Source: an uncultured Eubacteriales bacterium (GTDB taxonomy: Bacteria > Bacillota > Clostridia > Oscillospirales > Acutalibacteraceae). Taken from it: DNA of 64,000 bases. The stretch lies in the NCBI GenBank assembly GCA_902491475.1, contig CABUHY010000008.1, forward strand, positions 1,986 through 65,985. Direction: 5' to 3'. The notes beneath the pieces are model-generated. The model was not told the DNA's origin and did not search any database. It saw only the letters and a list, made by a program, of their open reading frames with translations. The first letter of the stretch is position 1, and each line of letters opens with the position of its first letter. Below are positions 45,758-54,475 of this stretch, one piece after another. The position numbers and the translations under genes were made by a program.

Positions 45758-47080
45758 TTATTTTTTGCGGGTAAACAACGCAGGCAGAATAACAGGCTTC
45801 TTCTCCCCTGCCGCAGTCATTTCCCGAATAAGCATTTTTTTAAGCTGCTTCCTTTGCGAAGCATATTTTGGGTCTTTTACAAGGTTGTATCTTTCAATCG
45901 AGTCCTTTTCAAGGTCGTAAAGATAATCCTCAAAATACACGGGCGACGAGTGCATTGCATATCCCGTCGGCGTGAGCGCACGAACGGAATATTTGAACTT
46001 TTTCGTCCTAATGGCACGGCCGCACTGGCTTTCGCTTATCTGCATAAATACGCAGTCGCGTTCCTCGCCCGTTTCAAACTCTCTCAAAAGCGATTTGCCC
46101 ATATAGCTGTCGGGTATTTCAATTCCCGCAATGTCAAGCATTGTGGGCGGCAGGTCTATAAGGCTTACAAGGCGTGAATCGAGCTTTCCGCCCTTGAACG
46201 CACCGCCCTCAATAATCAAAGGAGTATGCGAAGCGCTGTCGTGGCACGAACGCTTGTATTCGAGGTTTCTCGTCTTGAAATGCGAGCCGTGGTCGCTTGT
46301 GTAAATGATTACGGTGTTATCGTAAAGCCCTTTTTCCTTGAGCTTTTCAACCAGTTTGCCCACATTTTCGTCAAGGCTGTTGATAGCCGCCATATAGTCG
46401 GGGTACATCTCTTTGTAATCGCCCTTTAAGAATGTGAGGTCGTCGGGCAAGGGATAATCCTTGAACTTCGGTACGGTCTCCCTCGGTCCCTCATAGCAGT
46501 GATGGTCGTTCTGATGATGCGGCTCGATTTGAGAGACGAACATAAAGAACGGCTTATCCGAGGTCTTTTGGTCGAGATATTGAAGCGCAAAATCATTTAT
46601 GCAGTCGGCTCTGTAACCGTTGAAATCAATCTTGTTGCCGTCGCCGTCGAATATGTATCCGTCATATCCGTGCGAGGTAAACTCAAGCACATCCGCCGCA
46701 CGCCACCAATCCTTGTAACCGCCCTGCAATTCTTTCGGAACAGCGGTCTTTTCGCAGTGAAAGCCGACATTCGGAAGTCGGTCGGAAGCAAGGTGCCACT
46801 TTCCGACATAAGCTGTTTCATAGCCTGCCTCATTAAAATATTCGGCAAGCGGCTTTATGTCCTTGGGAAGCGGTATTCCGTTCCAATAGCACTTGTTCTG
46901 CGTTGCGTAAACGCCTGTCTGCAAACAGGCTCTTGCAGGTCCGCAAACGGGCTGACAGGTATATGAGTTTTCAAACTTTATACCGTCCTCGGCAAGCTTC
47001 ATAAGATTAGGCGTTGCCGTTTTGTTTACGGTATCCCAGCGCTGTTGGTCGCTGAAATAGAAAATAATGTTCGGTCTCAA
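45758..47080 (-). CDS. Cys-type sulfatase (formylglycine-dependent), no signal peptide
   Basis: 440 aa. The N-terminus is NIIFYFSDQQRWD and the sulfatase signature is CGPARACLQTG (C-x-P-x-R). There is no hydrophobic leader. Confidence 0.85.
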   Translation of the reverse strand: MRPNIIFYFSDQQRWDTVNKTATPNLMKLAEDGIKFENSYTCQPVCGPARACLQTGVYATQNKCYWNGIPLPKDIKPLAEYFNEAGYETAYVGKWHLASDRLPNVGFHCEKTAVPKELQGGYKDWWRAADVLEFTSHGYDGYIFDGDGNKIDFNGYRADCINDFALQYLDQKTSDKPFFMFVSQIEPHHQNDHHCYEGPRETVPKFKDYPLPDDLTFLKGDYKEMYPDYMAAINSLDENVGKLVEKLKEKGLYDNTVIIYTSDHGSHFKTRNLEYKRSCHDSASHTPLIIEGGAFKGGKLDSRLVSLIDLPPTMLDIAGIEIPDSYMGKSLLREFETGEERDCVFMQISESQCGRAIRTKKFKYSVRALTPTGYAMHSSPVYFEDYLYDLEKDSIERYNLVKDPKYASQRKQLKKMLIREMTAAGEKKPVILPALFTRKK

Positions 47081-47096
47081 TTCTAACCCTCGTTTC

Positions 47097-47915
47097 TTAG
47101 TTTATAAACGCAGTAACGGCATTATAGAGACTTAAAGCCGCCACGGCGCACACAGCAACCGTAAATACGGTTCTGATTGTTTTTTCATTGCACTTTCTGT
47201 TGAGCTTTGCTCCGAAAAATCCGCCCAAAATCGCCGCGGGGATAATCACAAGCAGATATTTTACATCAAAGCCCTCAAAATGAGTGTTCACAAAGCTTGT
47301 TATAAGGTTTGAAAGCTGTGAAAAGAAGATTATCGCAACGGAATAAACCGCAGCGTCCCGCATTGTAAAGGAAAAGAGTATCGTGAGCACAGCCACATTT
47401 ATCGGGCCGCCGCCTATACCGAGAAAAGCCGCCGTCATTCCGAGCAAAAGTCCCGTAAGAGAAATAAGCACGGGATTCTTTATGTTGAATTTTTTTATGT
47501 TTGTGTTTACGGAAATTATTACCGCAACGAGCAGTGCACAAAGCAATGCCGACTGTATGCCCTTTACCGTTTCGGGCGAGGAGCTGTTTGAAAGCGCAAG
47601 CGAAAAAAGCTTGTTGCCCGTAAAGCCGCCGATAACAGAGCCCAAAGCAAACAACAGGACAAATTTCATATTTATGGGTGTTTTGTTTTTAATGTGCTTA
47701 CCCGTAGAAGTAACGGACATTGCGAACACGGCGCACGAAGAAAAGAACGCCACCTGAACAAGGGGATGAAAATTTATAACATCAAGAACGGGCTTGATTA
47801 TAACGCCGCCGCCCAAGCCGACAAAAGCGCCGAGCAATGTTGCGATGAAAATAACCGCTCCGTATATAACAAAAATCACTGAAATCACCAAAAAACATTT
47901 TACCATATATCGCAA
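47097..47915 (-). CDS. TauE/SafE family sulfite/organosulfonate exporter-like membrane protein
   Basis: 272 aa with about 8 TM helices and internally duplicated glycine-rich helices (GLGGGVII, GIGGGPIN). Confidence 0.75.
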   Translation of the reverse strand: MRYMVKCFLVISVIFVIYGAVIFIATLLGAFVGLGGGVIIKPVLDVINFHPLVQVAFFSSCAVFAMSVTSTGKHIKNKTPINMKFVLLFALGSVIGGFTGNKLFSLALSNSSSPETVKGIQSALLCALLVAVIISVNTNIKKFNIKNPVLISLTGLLLGMTAAFLGIGGGPINVAVLTILFSFTMRDAAVYSVAIIFFSQLSNLITSFVNTHFEGFDVKYLLVIIPAAILGGFFGAKLNRKCNEKTIRTVFTVAVCAVAALSLYNAVTAFIN

Positions 47916-47999
47916 ATTTATACAACTATTTTATTTTCACGCTTGAAGTTATTTTACAAATTTGGTAGTATATTAAATACTGCTAAAGGAGTGTTTAAT

Positions 48000-48959
48000 A
48001 TGTTGCTTAAACTTAAACCTGCGCTCAAGGATTATCTTTGGGGCGGTACTAAATTAAAGACAGATTTCGGCTTTCAAAGCGATATGGAAAAAGTAGCCGA
48101 GGGATGGATGCTTTCCTGCCACAAGGACGGCGAAAACACTGTTGAAAACGGAGAATACAAGGGTAAGACCCTGTCGGAGGTTATAGAGCTTTGCGGCAGA
48201 GAAATTCTCGGTAAAAACGGCTTGAAATTCGACTTCTTTCCTATCCTTATAAAGCTTATCGACGCCAAGAACGACCTTTCCGTTCAGGTGCACCCCGACA
48301 ACGAATACGCACTTCGTGTTGAGGGCGAATACGGAAAGACCGAGTGTTGGTATATACTCGACTGTGAGGAGGGCGCAGAGCTCATATACGGCTTTAACCG
48401 TGAAATAAGCTCCGAGGAATTCAGAAAAAGAATTGAGGACAACACCTTCCTTGAGGTTGTAAACAAGGTTAAGGTCCACAAGGGCGATATATTCTTTATC
48501 GAGGCGGGAACGCTCCACGCAATCGGTTCGGGCATACTTCTTGCCGAAATTCAGCAAAATTCAAACACCACTTACCGTGTTTACGATTATCAGCGCCGAG
48601 ACAAGGACGGCAACCTGCGTCCGCTCCATATAGACAAGGCGGTTGATGTCACAAAATGCGAGAAGCCGAAGTACGGCATCAAGCCCATAGGCGAAAAAAT
48701 CAAGACCGCATCGGGCACCGAGCAGCTGCTTACAAAGTGCGACCTGTTCACGGTAAAGGAATATATAACCGACGAAACGCTCAACCTCGTCTCCGACGAA
48801 AACTCGTTTGTTTCTCTCCTCGTAACCGACGGAGAAGGAACCGTCGAGTGCTCGGGCGAAAAGCTTTCGGTGCATAAGGGCGACAGCCTCTTTATAAGCG
48901 CCGATTCAGGCAAAATAACAATAAACGGTAAACTCAACATTATAGAAACAAGGGTATAA
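48000..48959 (+). CDS. manA: Mannose-6-phosphate isomerase, class I
   Basis: Start at the ATG at 48000, with an AAAGGAG RBS. Motifs are YLWGG, LSVQVHPD, ECWY and AGTLHAIG. Confidence 0.85.
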   Translation: MLLKLKPALKDYLWGGTKLKTDFGFQSDMEKVAEGWMLSCHKDGENTVENGEYKGKTLSEVIELCGREILGKNGLKFDFFPILIKLIDAKNDLSVQVHPDNEYALRVEGEYGKTECWYILDCEEGAELIYGFNREISSEEFRKRIEDNTFLEVVNKVKVHKGDIFFIEAGTLHAIGSGILLAEIQQNSNTTYRVYDYQRRDKDGNLRPLHIDKAVDVTKCEKPKYGIKPIGEKIKTASGTEQLLTKCDLFTVKEYITDETLNLVSDENSFVSLLVTDGEGTVECSGEKLSVHKGDSLFISADSGKITINGKLNIIETRV

Positions 48960-48965
48960 TAAAAA

Positions 48966-50192
48966 ATGGCAAAAAGAACATTCAAGGGTACAAAGATAGC
49001 CTGCTACACGGGTTATTTCGTGCAGGCGATAGTAAACAACTTAGCTCCCCTGCTGTTTGTAATCTTTTCGGAAAGATACAATATCGACCTTACGACAATC
49101 GGAAGTCTTATTCTTATAAACTTCGTAACGCAGATGATAGTTGACCTTCTGTCGGTCAAAATCGTTGACAAAATCGGCTTTAAGAGAATTGTCGTAAGCT
49201 CTCACTTCTTCGCTTTTGCGGGACTTGTTATGCTCGGCGTACTGCCCGAGCTTACCTCGCATCACTTTATTGCGATAGCGGCGTCGCTTGTGGTTTCCGC
49301 AATAGGCAGCGGTATGATTGAGGTCACGATAAGCCCCATCGTCGAATCCCTGCCGAGCGACAAGAAAGCTGCCGATATGAGCCTGCTCCATTCGTTCTAC
49401 TGTTGGGGTCAGATGCTTGTCGTGGCGTTTTCCACGCTCTATATAAAGCTTGCGGGCGGAGAAAACTGGAACATTCTCCCGATAATCTGGTCGGTAATAC
49501 CGCTTGTAAATATGTTTAACTTTATGAGCGTGCCGTTTATGCCGCCCATTGAGGAGGAAGAGATTGTTCCCGTTAAAAAGCTGTTGAAATCAAAGGCTTT
49601 TATCGTGGCAATGGTAATTATGTTCTGTGCGGGTGCGAGTGAGCTTGCAATGTCGCAGTGGTCGTCTTTCTTTGCGGAAGAGGGCTTACATGTTTCAAAA
49701 TTCACGGGAGATTTGCTCGGTCCCTGCCTGTTTGCGGTGCTTATGGGCGCAGGCAGACTCTTCTACGGACTTTACGGCGACAAAATCGACCTTATTAAAA
49801 TTATGTCGGCGTTCTCGGTGCTTTGCATAATATGCTATCTCACAGCTTCGTTTTCACACAACAGTACGGTTTCGCTGCTTGCGTGCGCCGTTACGGGTCT
49901 TTCGATAAGCCTTTTCTGGCCGGGTACATTTTCGCTTGCGGCAAAAAAATTCCCGAACGGTTCGGGCGGACTTTTCGGCATACTCGCACTGCTCGGCGAC
50001 ATCGGCTGCGGCACGGGTCCGTGGCTTATCAGCTACATCAGTTCCGCATTCAAGAGCGCAAACCCTGCTTTGAGCGAGGGTGCGGCGCTTAAAAACGGTC
50101 TTGCGTTCGGCTGTATCTTCCCGATAATTCTTATAATCGGCTTGATAGTGCTGAAAAAAGACACGGACAAAACCGACAAAGTCAAAAACTGA
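48966..50192 (+). CDS. MFS transporter
   Basis: 408 aa with 12 predicted TM helices, 6 nt downstream of manA. Confidence 0.75.
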   Translation: MAKRTFKGTKIACYTGYFVQAIVNNLAPLLFVIFSERYNIDLTTIGSLILINFVTQMIVDLLSVKIVDKIGFKRIVVSSHFFAFAGLVMLGVLPELTSHHFIAIAASLVVSAIGSGMIEVTISPIVESLPSDKKAADMSLLHSFYCWGQMLVVAFSTLYIKLAGGENWNILPIIWSVIPLVNMFNFMSVPFMPPIEEEEIVPVKKLLKSKAFIVAMVIMFCAGASELAMSQWSSFFAEEGLHVSKFTGDLLGPCLFAVLMGAGRLFYGLYGDKIDLIKIMSAFSVLCIICYLTASFSHNSTVSLLACAVTGLSISLFWPGTFSLAAKKFPNGSGGLFGILALLGDIGCGTGPWLISYISSAFKSANPALSEGAALKNGLAFGCIFPIILIIGLIVLKKDTDKTDKVKN

Positions 50193-50247
50193 CAAACAAA
50201 AAAATCAGCTCCGACGAAAGCAAATGCCAAGCGTCGGAGCTTTTGTT

Positions 50248-50517
50248 TTATTCTTTTGTTTCGTCGGGCTCTTCCGGTTCCTTCGCTTCGTCCGTTTCTT
50301 CCGCGTCGTCGGGCGGGAGCTTCGCTTTAAGCTCGTCAAGCTCCTTTTTAAGGAGATCATATGCGGCGTGCTGATCCGTCCAAATTTTCTTCAGCGCAAA
50401 AAACAGGCATAAAATCGCAACCGCAAGAAAGGGCGGCGCATATGAGCCGTAAAAAACCATTCCTAAAGCACTGTAAAGAACAAGGGTTAATAGAAGAATA
50501 AGTAAAATTGCTGACAT
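50248..50517 (-). CDS. Small 2-TM protein with helical linker and acidic tail (89 aa), paralog of 50536-50766
   Basis: Alignable with its neighbour around PPFLAVAILCLFFALKK versus APIFLAVALVCLFFMLKR. The C-terminus is DDAEETDEAKEPEEPDETKE. Confidence 0.55.
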   Translation of the reverse strand: MSAILLILLLTLVLYSALGMVFYGSYAPPFLAVAILCLFFALKKIWTDQHAAYDLLKKELDELKAKLPPDDAEETDEAKEPEEPDETKE

Positions 50518-50535
50518 AACCTCATCTCCAAAAGC

Positions 50536-50766
50536 TTATTTTTCTGATTCGTCCGTACTTTCAAAATCAGGTTCTTCTTTATCTTTATCGTTTTCCTTTT
50601 TCAAAAATTCATTTAAGGTATGCAGTTCCGACAATCCCCGTTTCAGCATAAAAAACAAGCATACAAGTGCAACTGCAAGGAATATCGGAGCGAGGGTAAA
50701 GACATCGGTATAAAGCATTCCGAAGAAAACATATAAAATTAAAGCTATTATAAAGATTGCCGTCAT
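50536..50766 (-). CDS. Small 2-TM protein with acidic tail (76 aa), paralog of 50248-50517
   Basis: Same architecture as its neighbour, with the tail DKDKEEPDFESTDESEK. An 18-nt gap separates it from the next gene. Confidence 0.55.
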   Translation of the reverse strand: MTAIFIIALILYVFFGMLYTDVFTLAPIFLAVALVCLFFMLKRGLSELHTLNEFLKKENDKDKEEPDFESTDESEK

Positions 50767-50808
50767 AACACTACCTCTGTAAACTTATTTTTCCGATTCT
50801 TCCGAACT

Positions 50809-51780
50809 TTACGGTCGATATGTTATAGGTGAACTGGTACAAATTTGGCATTGAGTATAAATAGGTTTCGGTGAAACAGAAACACTCGCTCCCTTTAACG
50901 AAACCGAAACTCCGACAGAACCTAATCCGATTTTTTGATGAAAGTAATTTCCATACACATTAAATACGCAGGGGCTATCATATTGCGACACTCTGCCTTT
51001 GCAAATCATTAAAAACGCCGCTTTACTATAAACAATCGAATATGTCGACGTATAAACATTACCTTTCAAATTATATAACATCGCAATTCCATTTTCGCCC
51101 AATTTTAAATCATTATTTTCAATATTACTCGGAGTATATTCCTCGTATTCAGTCTCGACTTTTGATTCTATGTTTTGCCTATTTATTATTTTTGTTAATT
51201 CCACAGATAAGCTAAAGGTGCTTTTGTCAAAAACCAACGCCTCGCTTGAAAAAGATAAAACATCCTTGCCACGAAATCTAGCTTTGAAGTTAATCCATTC
51301 ATAGCCCGCCATTACACCAAATGTACCCTTGGGGGCATTTTTGGTTTCAAAAATTGCCAAAGTTTTCTTTAACAAGCTATCATTATCGCTGTAGTTATAA
51401 CTGTCGCCTTGAGCATATGTACTTACATTTCCCAAAAGCTCTTTTTCATTCAAATAATCGTCATATGAAATGAGTTCAAACTCTTCGTCTTCGCCTACCA
51501 AATAATACTCATCTTGAAGACGAACACTGACGCAGTCGGCAATTTCAGACAACTCTGATTCAGGAACCATTTCAATCATTTTCTGAGACATTCCCGCTTT
51601 TTCAAGAATTGCCTTTGCCTGTTCATCAACACTTTTGTTTTGAAGTTTGGCGATACCCTTAACTATTTCCAATTCAAATCCGCTGACTTCGTTTTTATTT
51701 GATGTTGAAACAGCATATGAGGGAATGCACATACTTATAACTAAAAGCATGGAAATCATAATCATAAATACTTTTTTCAT
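50809..51780 (-). CDS. Secreted protein of unknown function (323 aa)
   Basis: The signal peptide is MKKVFMIMISMLLVISMCIPSYA. A helical N-region is followed by a strand-rich remainder. I recognise no family motif. The gene looks more AT-rich than its neighbours. Confidence 0.6.
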   Translation of the reverse strand: MKKVFMIMISMLLVISMCIPSYAVSTSNKNEVSGFELEIVKGIAKLQNKSVDEQAKAILEKAGMSQKMIEMVPESELSEIADCVSVRLQDEYYLVGEDEEFELISYDDYLNEKELLGNVSTYAQGDSYNYSDNDSLLKKTLAIFETKNAPKGTFGVMAGYEWINFKARFRGKDVLSFSSEALVFDKSTFSLSVELTKIINRQNIESKVETEYEEYTPSNIENNDLKLGENGIAMLYNLKGNVYTSTYSIVYSKAAFLMICKGRVSQYDSPCVFNVYGNYFHQKIGLGSVGVSVSLKGASVSVSPKPIYTQCQICTSSPITYRP

Positions 51781-51883
51781 ATAGATACCTCTCTTTTGAT
51801 TTTACTGAAAATAAAAAACGCGTAAATTCAATGAATTATCACACCCAATCGAAATATTATATAAAAAACGTTTTTTACAATTC

Positions 51884-51913
51884 AATATTATCAAAATTTT
51901 CCAATAGTGTCAA
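51884..51913 (-). promoter_or_regulatory. Putative promoter of the three-gene cassette
   Basis: On the minus strand: TTGACA, 18-nt spacer, TAATAT. It sits inside a very AT-rich spacer of about 370 bp. Confidence 0.4.
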
Positions 51914-52157
51914 TATTATTTATATAAAATATTTTTTTATTTTGATTTCACATAACTACACTAAAATATACAATTAACAGTGGAAATGTATATTATTCGG
52001 CACATTGCGGATTTTGCGAATAAATATATTTAATTATTCCCTAATACTGAAAACATTTACCTTGTAAATTCATAGTACACTATAAATCTATCCTTGTCAA
52101 CATAATTTTCCAACTTAAATATACATAAATTTCGCATTTATAACAAATTATTTGTTG

Positions 52158-52186
52158 TTGACATCTCTGTTACACGGTCATATAAT
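52158..52186 (+). promoter_or_regulatory. Consensus SigA promoter upstream of the FMN riboswitch
   Basis: TTGACA, 17-nt spacer, TATAAT. Confidence 0.65.
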
Positions 52187-52195
52187 AATGTAAAA

Positions 52196-52353
52196 GTTGT
52201 CTTCAGGGCGGGGCGCAATTCCCCACCGGCAGTAAAGTCTGCGAGCCTTTTCGGCTGATTCGGTGAAACTCCGAAACCGACGGTATAGTCCGGATGAAAG
52301 AAGATGTATTACGCTACATTTTTTGCCCCGAGGTTCGTCCTTGGGGCATTTTT
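52196..52353 (+). promoter_or_regulatory. FMN riboswitch (RFN element) with terminator expression platform
   Basis: The conserved RFN core is CTTCAGGGCGGGGCGCAATTCCCCACCGGCAGTAA...GGTGAAACTCCGAAACCGACGGTATAGTCCGGATGAAAGAAGA. The terminator tgccccgagg...ccttggggca plus TTTTT follows. Confidence 0.9.
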
Positions 52354-52390
52354 GATGACAACTTAAATCATATTAGGAGGTCATCTTATC

Positions 52391-52993
52391 ATGGCAAAAG
52401 CAAAAAAATCAGATTTAAGAAAAATCACGGTTACCGCAATTATGAGCGCAATAGCGGCAATTCTCCAGTTTATCGAAATTTCAATCCCGATAATACCGAG
52501 CTTTGTAAAGCTTGATTTCAGCGACCTGCCCGCACTTATAACCTCATTTGCAATCGGTCCGTGGTACGGCGTTACGGTTGAGCTTTTGAAAAACCTGCTT
52601 CATCTCCCGTTCGGCTCGTCGGCAGGCGTCGGCGAAATATGCAATTTCCTTTTGGGTGTGATTTTCTGCCTTACGGCGGGTCTTATCTACAAAAAGCACA
52701 AGACGCGCAAGGGTGCGGCTGCGGGAGCGGTGCTTGGTGCGCTTTTGATGGCTCTTTTTTCGCTTCCGATGAACTATTTTATAGTTTACCCTGCATATGT
52801 GGTTCTCTACGGTATGCCGATGGACGCAATAGTCGGTATGTATTCGGAAATCTTACCCGGAACGGACTCGCTCGCAAAGGCGCTGTGCATATTCAATCTG
52901 CCGTTCACATTCTTAAAGGGAATCGCAAACGCAATCATATGCTTTTTGATTTACAAACCGCTTTCCCCCGTTATAAAAGGCAAAAATGTGTAA
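52391..52993 (+). CDS. ribU: ECF-transporter S component for riboflavin
   Basis: 200 aa with 6 TM helices, in the RibU-like family. It lies directly downstream of the FMN riboswitch. Confidence 0.8.
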   Translation: MAKAKKSDLRKITVTAIMSAIAAILQFIEISIPIIPSFVKLDFSDLPALITSFAIGPWYGVTVELLKNLLHLPFGSSAGVGEICNFLLGVIFCLTAGLIYKKHKTRKGAAAGAVLGALLMALFSLPMNYFIVYPAYVVLYGMPMDAIVGMYSEILPGTDSLAKALCIFNLPFTFLKGIANAIICFLIYKPLSPVIKGKNV

Positions 52994-53010
52994 ACAATGT
53001 CTGAATACTG

Positions 53011-53039
53011 TTGACAAAAGGCATATATAGTAGTAAAAT
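53011..53039 (+). promoter_or_regulatory. SigA promoter upstream of the SAM riboswitch
   Basis: TTGACA, 17-nt spacer, TAAAAT. Confidence 0.6.
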
Positions 53040-53062
53040 CTCTTACAACAAGAAAATAACCA

Positions 53063-53195
53063 TCTCCTTATAGAGAGTGGCGGAGGGACAGGCCCTGTGA
53101 AGCCACGGCAACCTGCTTTAAGCAAGGTGCTAATTCCTGCGGTTCGTCCGAAAGATAAGGTGTTTTTAAGCACCTTTCGGGGTGCTTATTTTTAT
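53063..53195 (+). promoter_or_regulatory. SAM-I riboswitch (S-box) with terminator
   Basis: The S-box core is CTCCTTATAGAGAGTGGCGGAGGGACAGGCCCTGTGAAGCCACGGCAACC...GGTGCTAATTCCTGC...GATAAGG. The hairpin aagcacc-tttcgg-ggtgctt plus a T-run follows. Confidence 0.9.
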
Positions 53196-53220
53196 GTTAA
53201 TAAATTTTAGGAGCAAAACA

Positions 53221-54408
53221 ATGGCAAAACATCTCTTTACATCAGAATCGGTTACAGAAGGTCATCCCGACAAAATCTGCGACAATATCTCGGACGCGGT
53301 TCTTGACGAAATCCTCAAGCAGGACCCGTACGGCAGAGTTGCGTGCGAAACGACCTGTATCACAAACCAGATTACGGTTATGGGCGAAATTACCACAACC
53401 GCCGACATTGATATTGAAAAAATCGCAAGGGAGGTCGTATGCGAGATAGGCTACGACAGCGACGAAAAGGGCTTTAACGGTCACACCTGCAATGTTACGA
53501 CATTTATCGACAAGCAGTCGAGCGACATTGCCCTCGGCGTTGACAAGTCATACGAGCTCAAAGAGGGTCAGCAGGAAGATTACAACCTCCACGGTGCAGG
53601 CGACCAGGGTATGATGTTCGGTTACGCTTGCGACGAGACGCCCGAGCTTATGCCGCTTGCGATTTCGCTTTCTCATAAGCTTGCAAAACAGCTTACCAAG
53701 GTTAGAAAGGACGGCACTCTCCCCTATCTTCGTGCCGACGGCAAAACGCAGGTTACCGTTGAATACAACAATGAGGGCGTTCCCGTAAGAGTTGACACAA
53801 TCGTTATTTCCTCACAGCACAGCGCTGATGTTGAGCTTGAAAAAATAAGAAGAGACATTCTTGAAAATGTAATCAAGCCCATCATTCCGCAGGAGCTTTT
53901 CGACGACGATACAATCATCTATGTAAACCCCACGGGCAGGTTCGTAACGGGCGGCCCCGCAGGCGACAGCGGACTTACGGGAAGAAAGATTATTGTTGAC
54001 ACCTACGGCGGCGTAGGCCGTCACGGCGGCGGCTGCTTCTCGGGCAAGGACCCGACAAAGGTTGACCGTTCTGCGGCTTATGCGGCGAGATATGTCGCAA
54101 AGAACATTGTTGCGGCAGGTCTTGCAAAAAAATGCGAGGTTCAGCTGGCATACGCTATCGGCGTAGCGCACCCCGTATCGGTTATGGTTGACACCTTCGG
54201 CACAGGCGTACTTGCAGACGATGTGCTCGAAGAAATCGTTTCGGAAACCTTTGACCTTCGCCCTGCGGCTATAATCGACTATCTCGATTTGAGAAAGCCG
54301 ATTTACAGGCAGCTTGCGGCTTACGGTCATATGGGCAGAGAAGAATTGGGCGTTAAGTGGGAGCTTACCGACAAGAAAGACATTCTCCGCCAAAAAGCAG
54401 GAATATAA
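53221..54408 (+). CDS. metK: S-adenosylmethionine synthetase
   Basis: Start at the ATG at 53221. Motifs are [19 protein letters not shown] and [16 protein letters not shown]. Confidence 0.95.
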   Translation: MAKHLFTSESVTEGHPDKICDNISDAVLDEILKQDPYGRVACETTCITNQITVMGEITTTADIDIEKIAREVVCEIGYDSDEKGFNGHTCNVTTFIDKQSSDIALGVDKSYELKEGQQEDYNLHGAGDQGMMFGYACDETPELMPLAISLSHKLAKQLTKVRKDGTLPYLRADGKTQVTVEYNNEGVPVRVDTIVISSQHSADVELEKIRRDILENVIKPIIPQELFDDDTIIYVNPTGRFVTGGPAGDSGLTGRKIIVDTYGGVGRHGGGCFSGKDPTKVDRSAAYAARYVAKNIVAAGLAKKCEVQLAYAIGVAHPVSVMVDTFGTGVLADDVLEEIVSETFDLRPAAIIDYLDLRKPIYRQLAAYGHMGREELGVKWELTDKKDILRQKAGI

Positions 54409-54428
54409 CAAATACGCATATAACGCAC

Positions 54429-54462
54429 AAAAACCTCTGATACAGTGTATCAGAGGTTTTTT
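54429..54462. terminator. Bidirectional terminator between metK and fhs
   Basis: Hairpin acctctgata-cagtg-tatcagaggt, flanked by AAAA and TTTTTT. Confidence 0.75.
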
Positions 54463-54475
54463 ATATTACGCATTA

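Noticed and set aside
52294-52515. A 73-aa ORF spanning the FMN riboswitch terminator and the ribU start.
   Set aside because: It covers conserved riboswitch and terminator sequence and runs out of frame into ribU. ribU has its own start and RBS at 52391.
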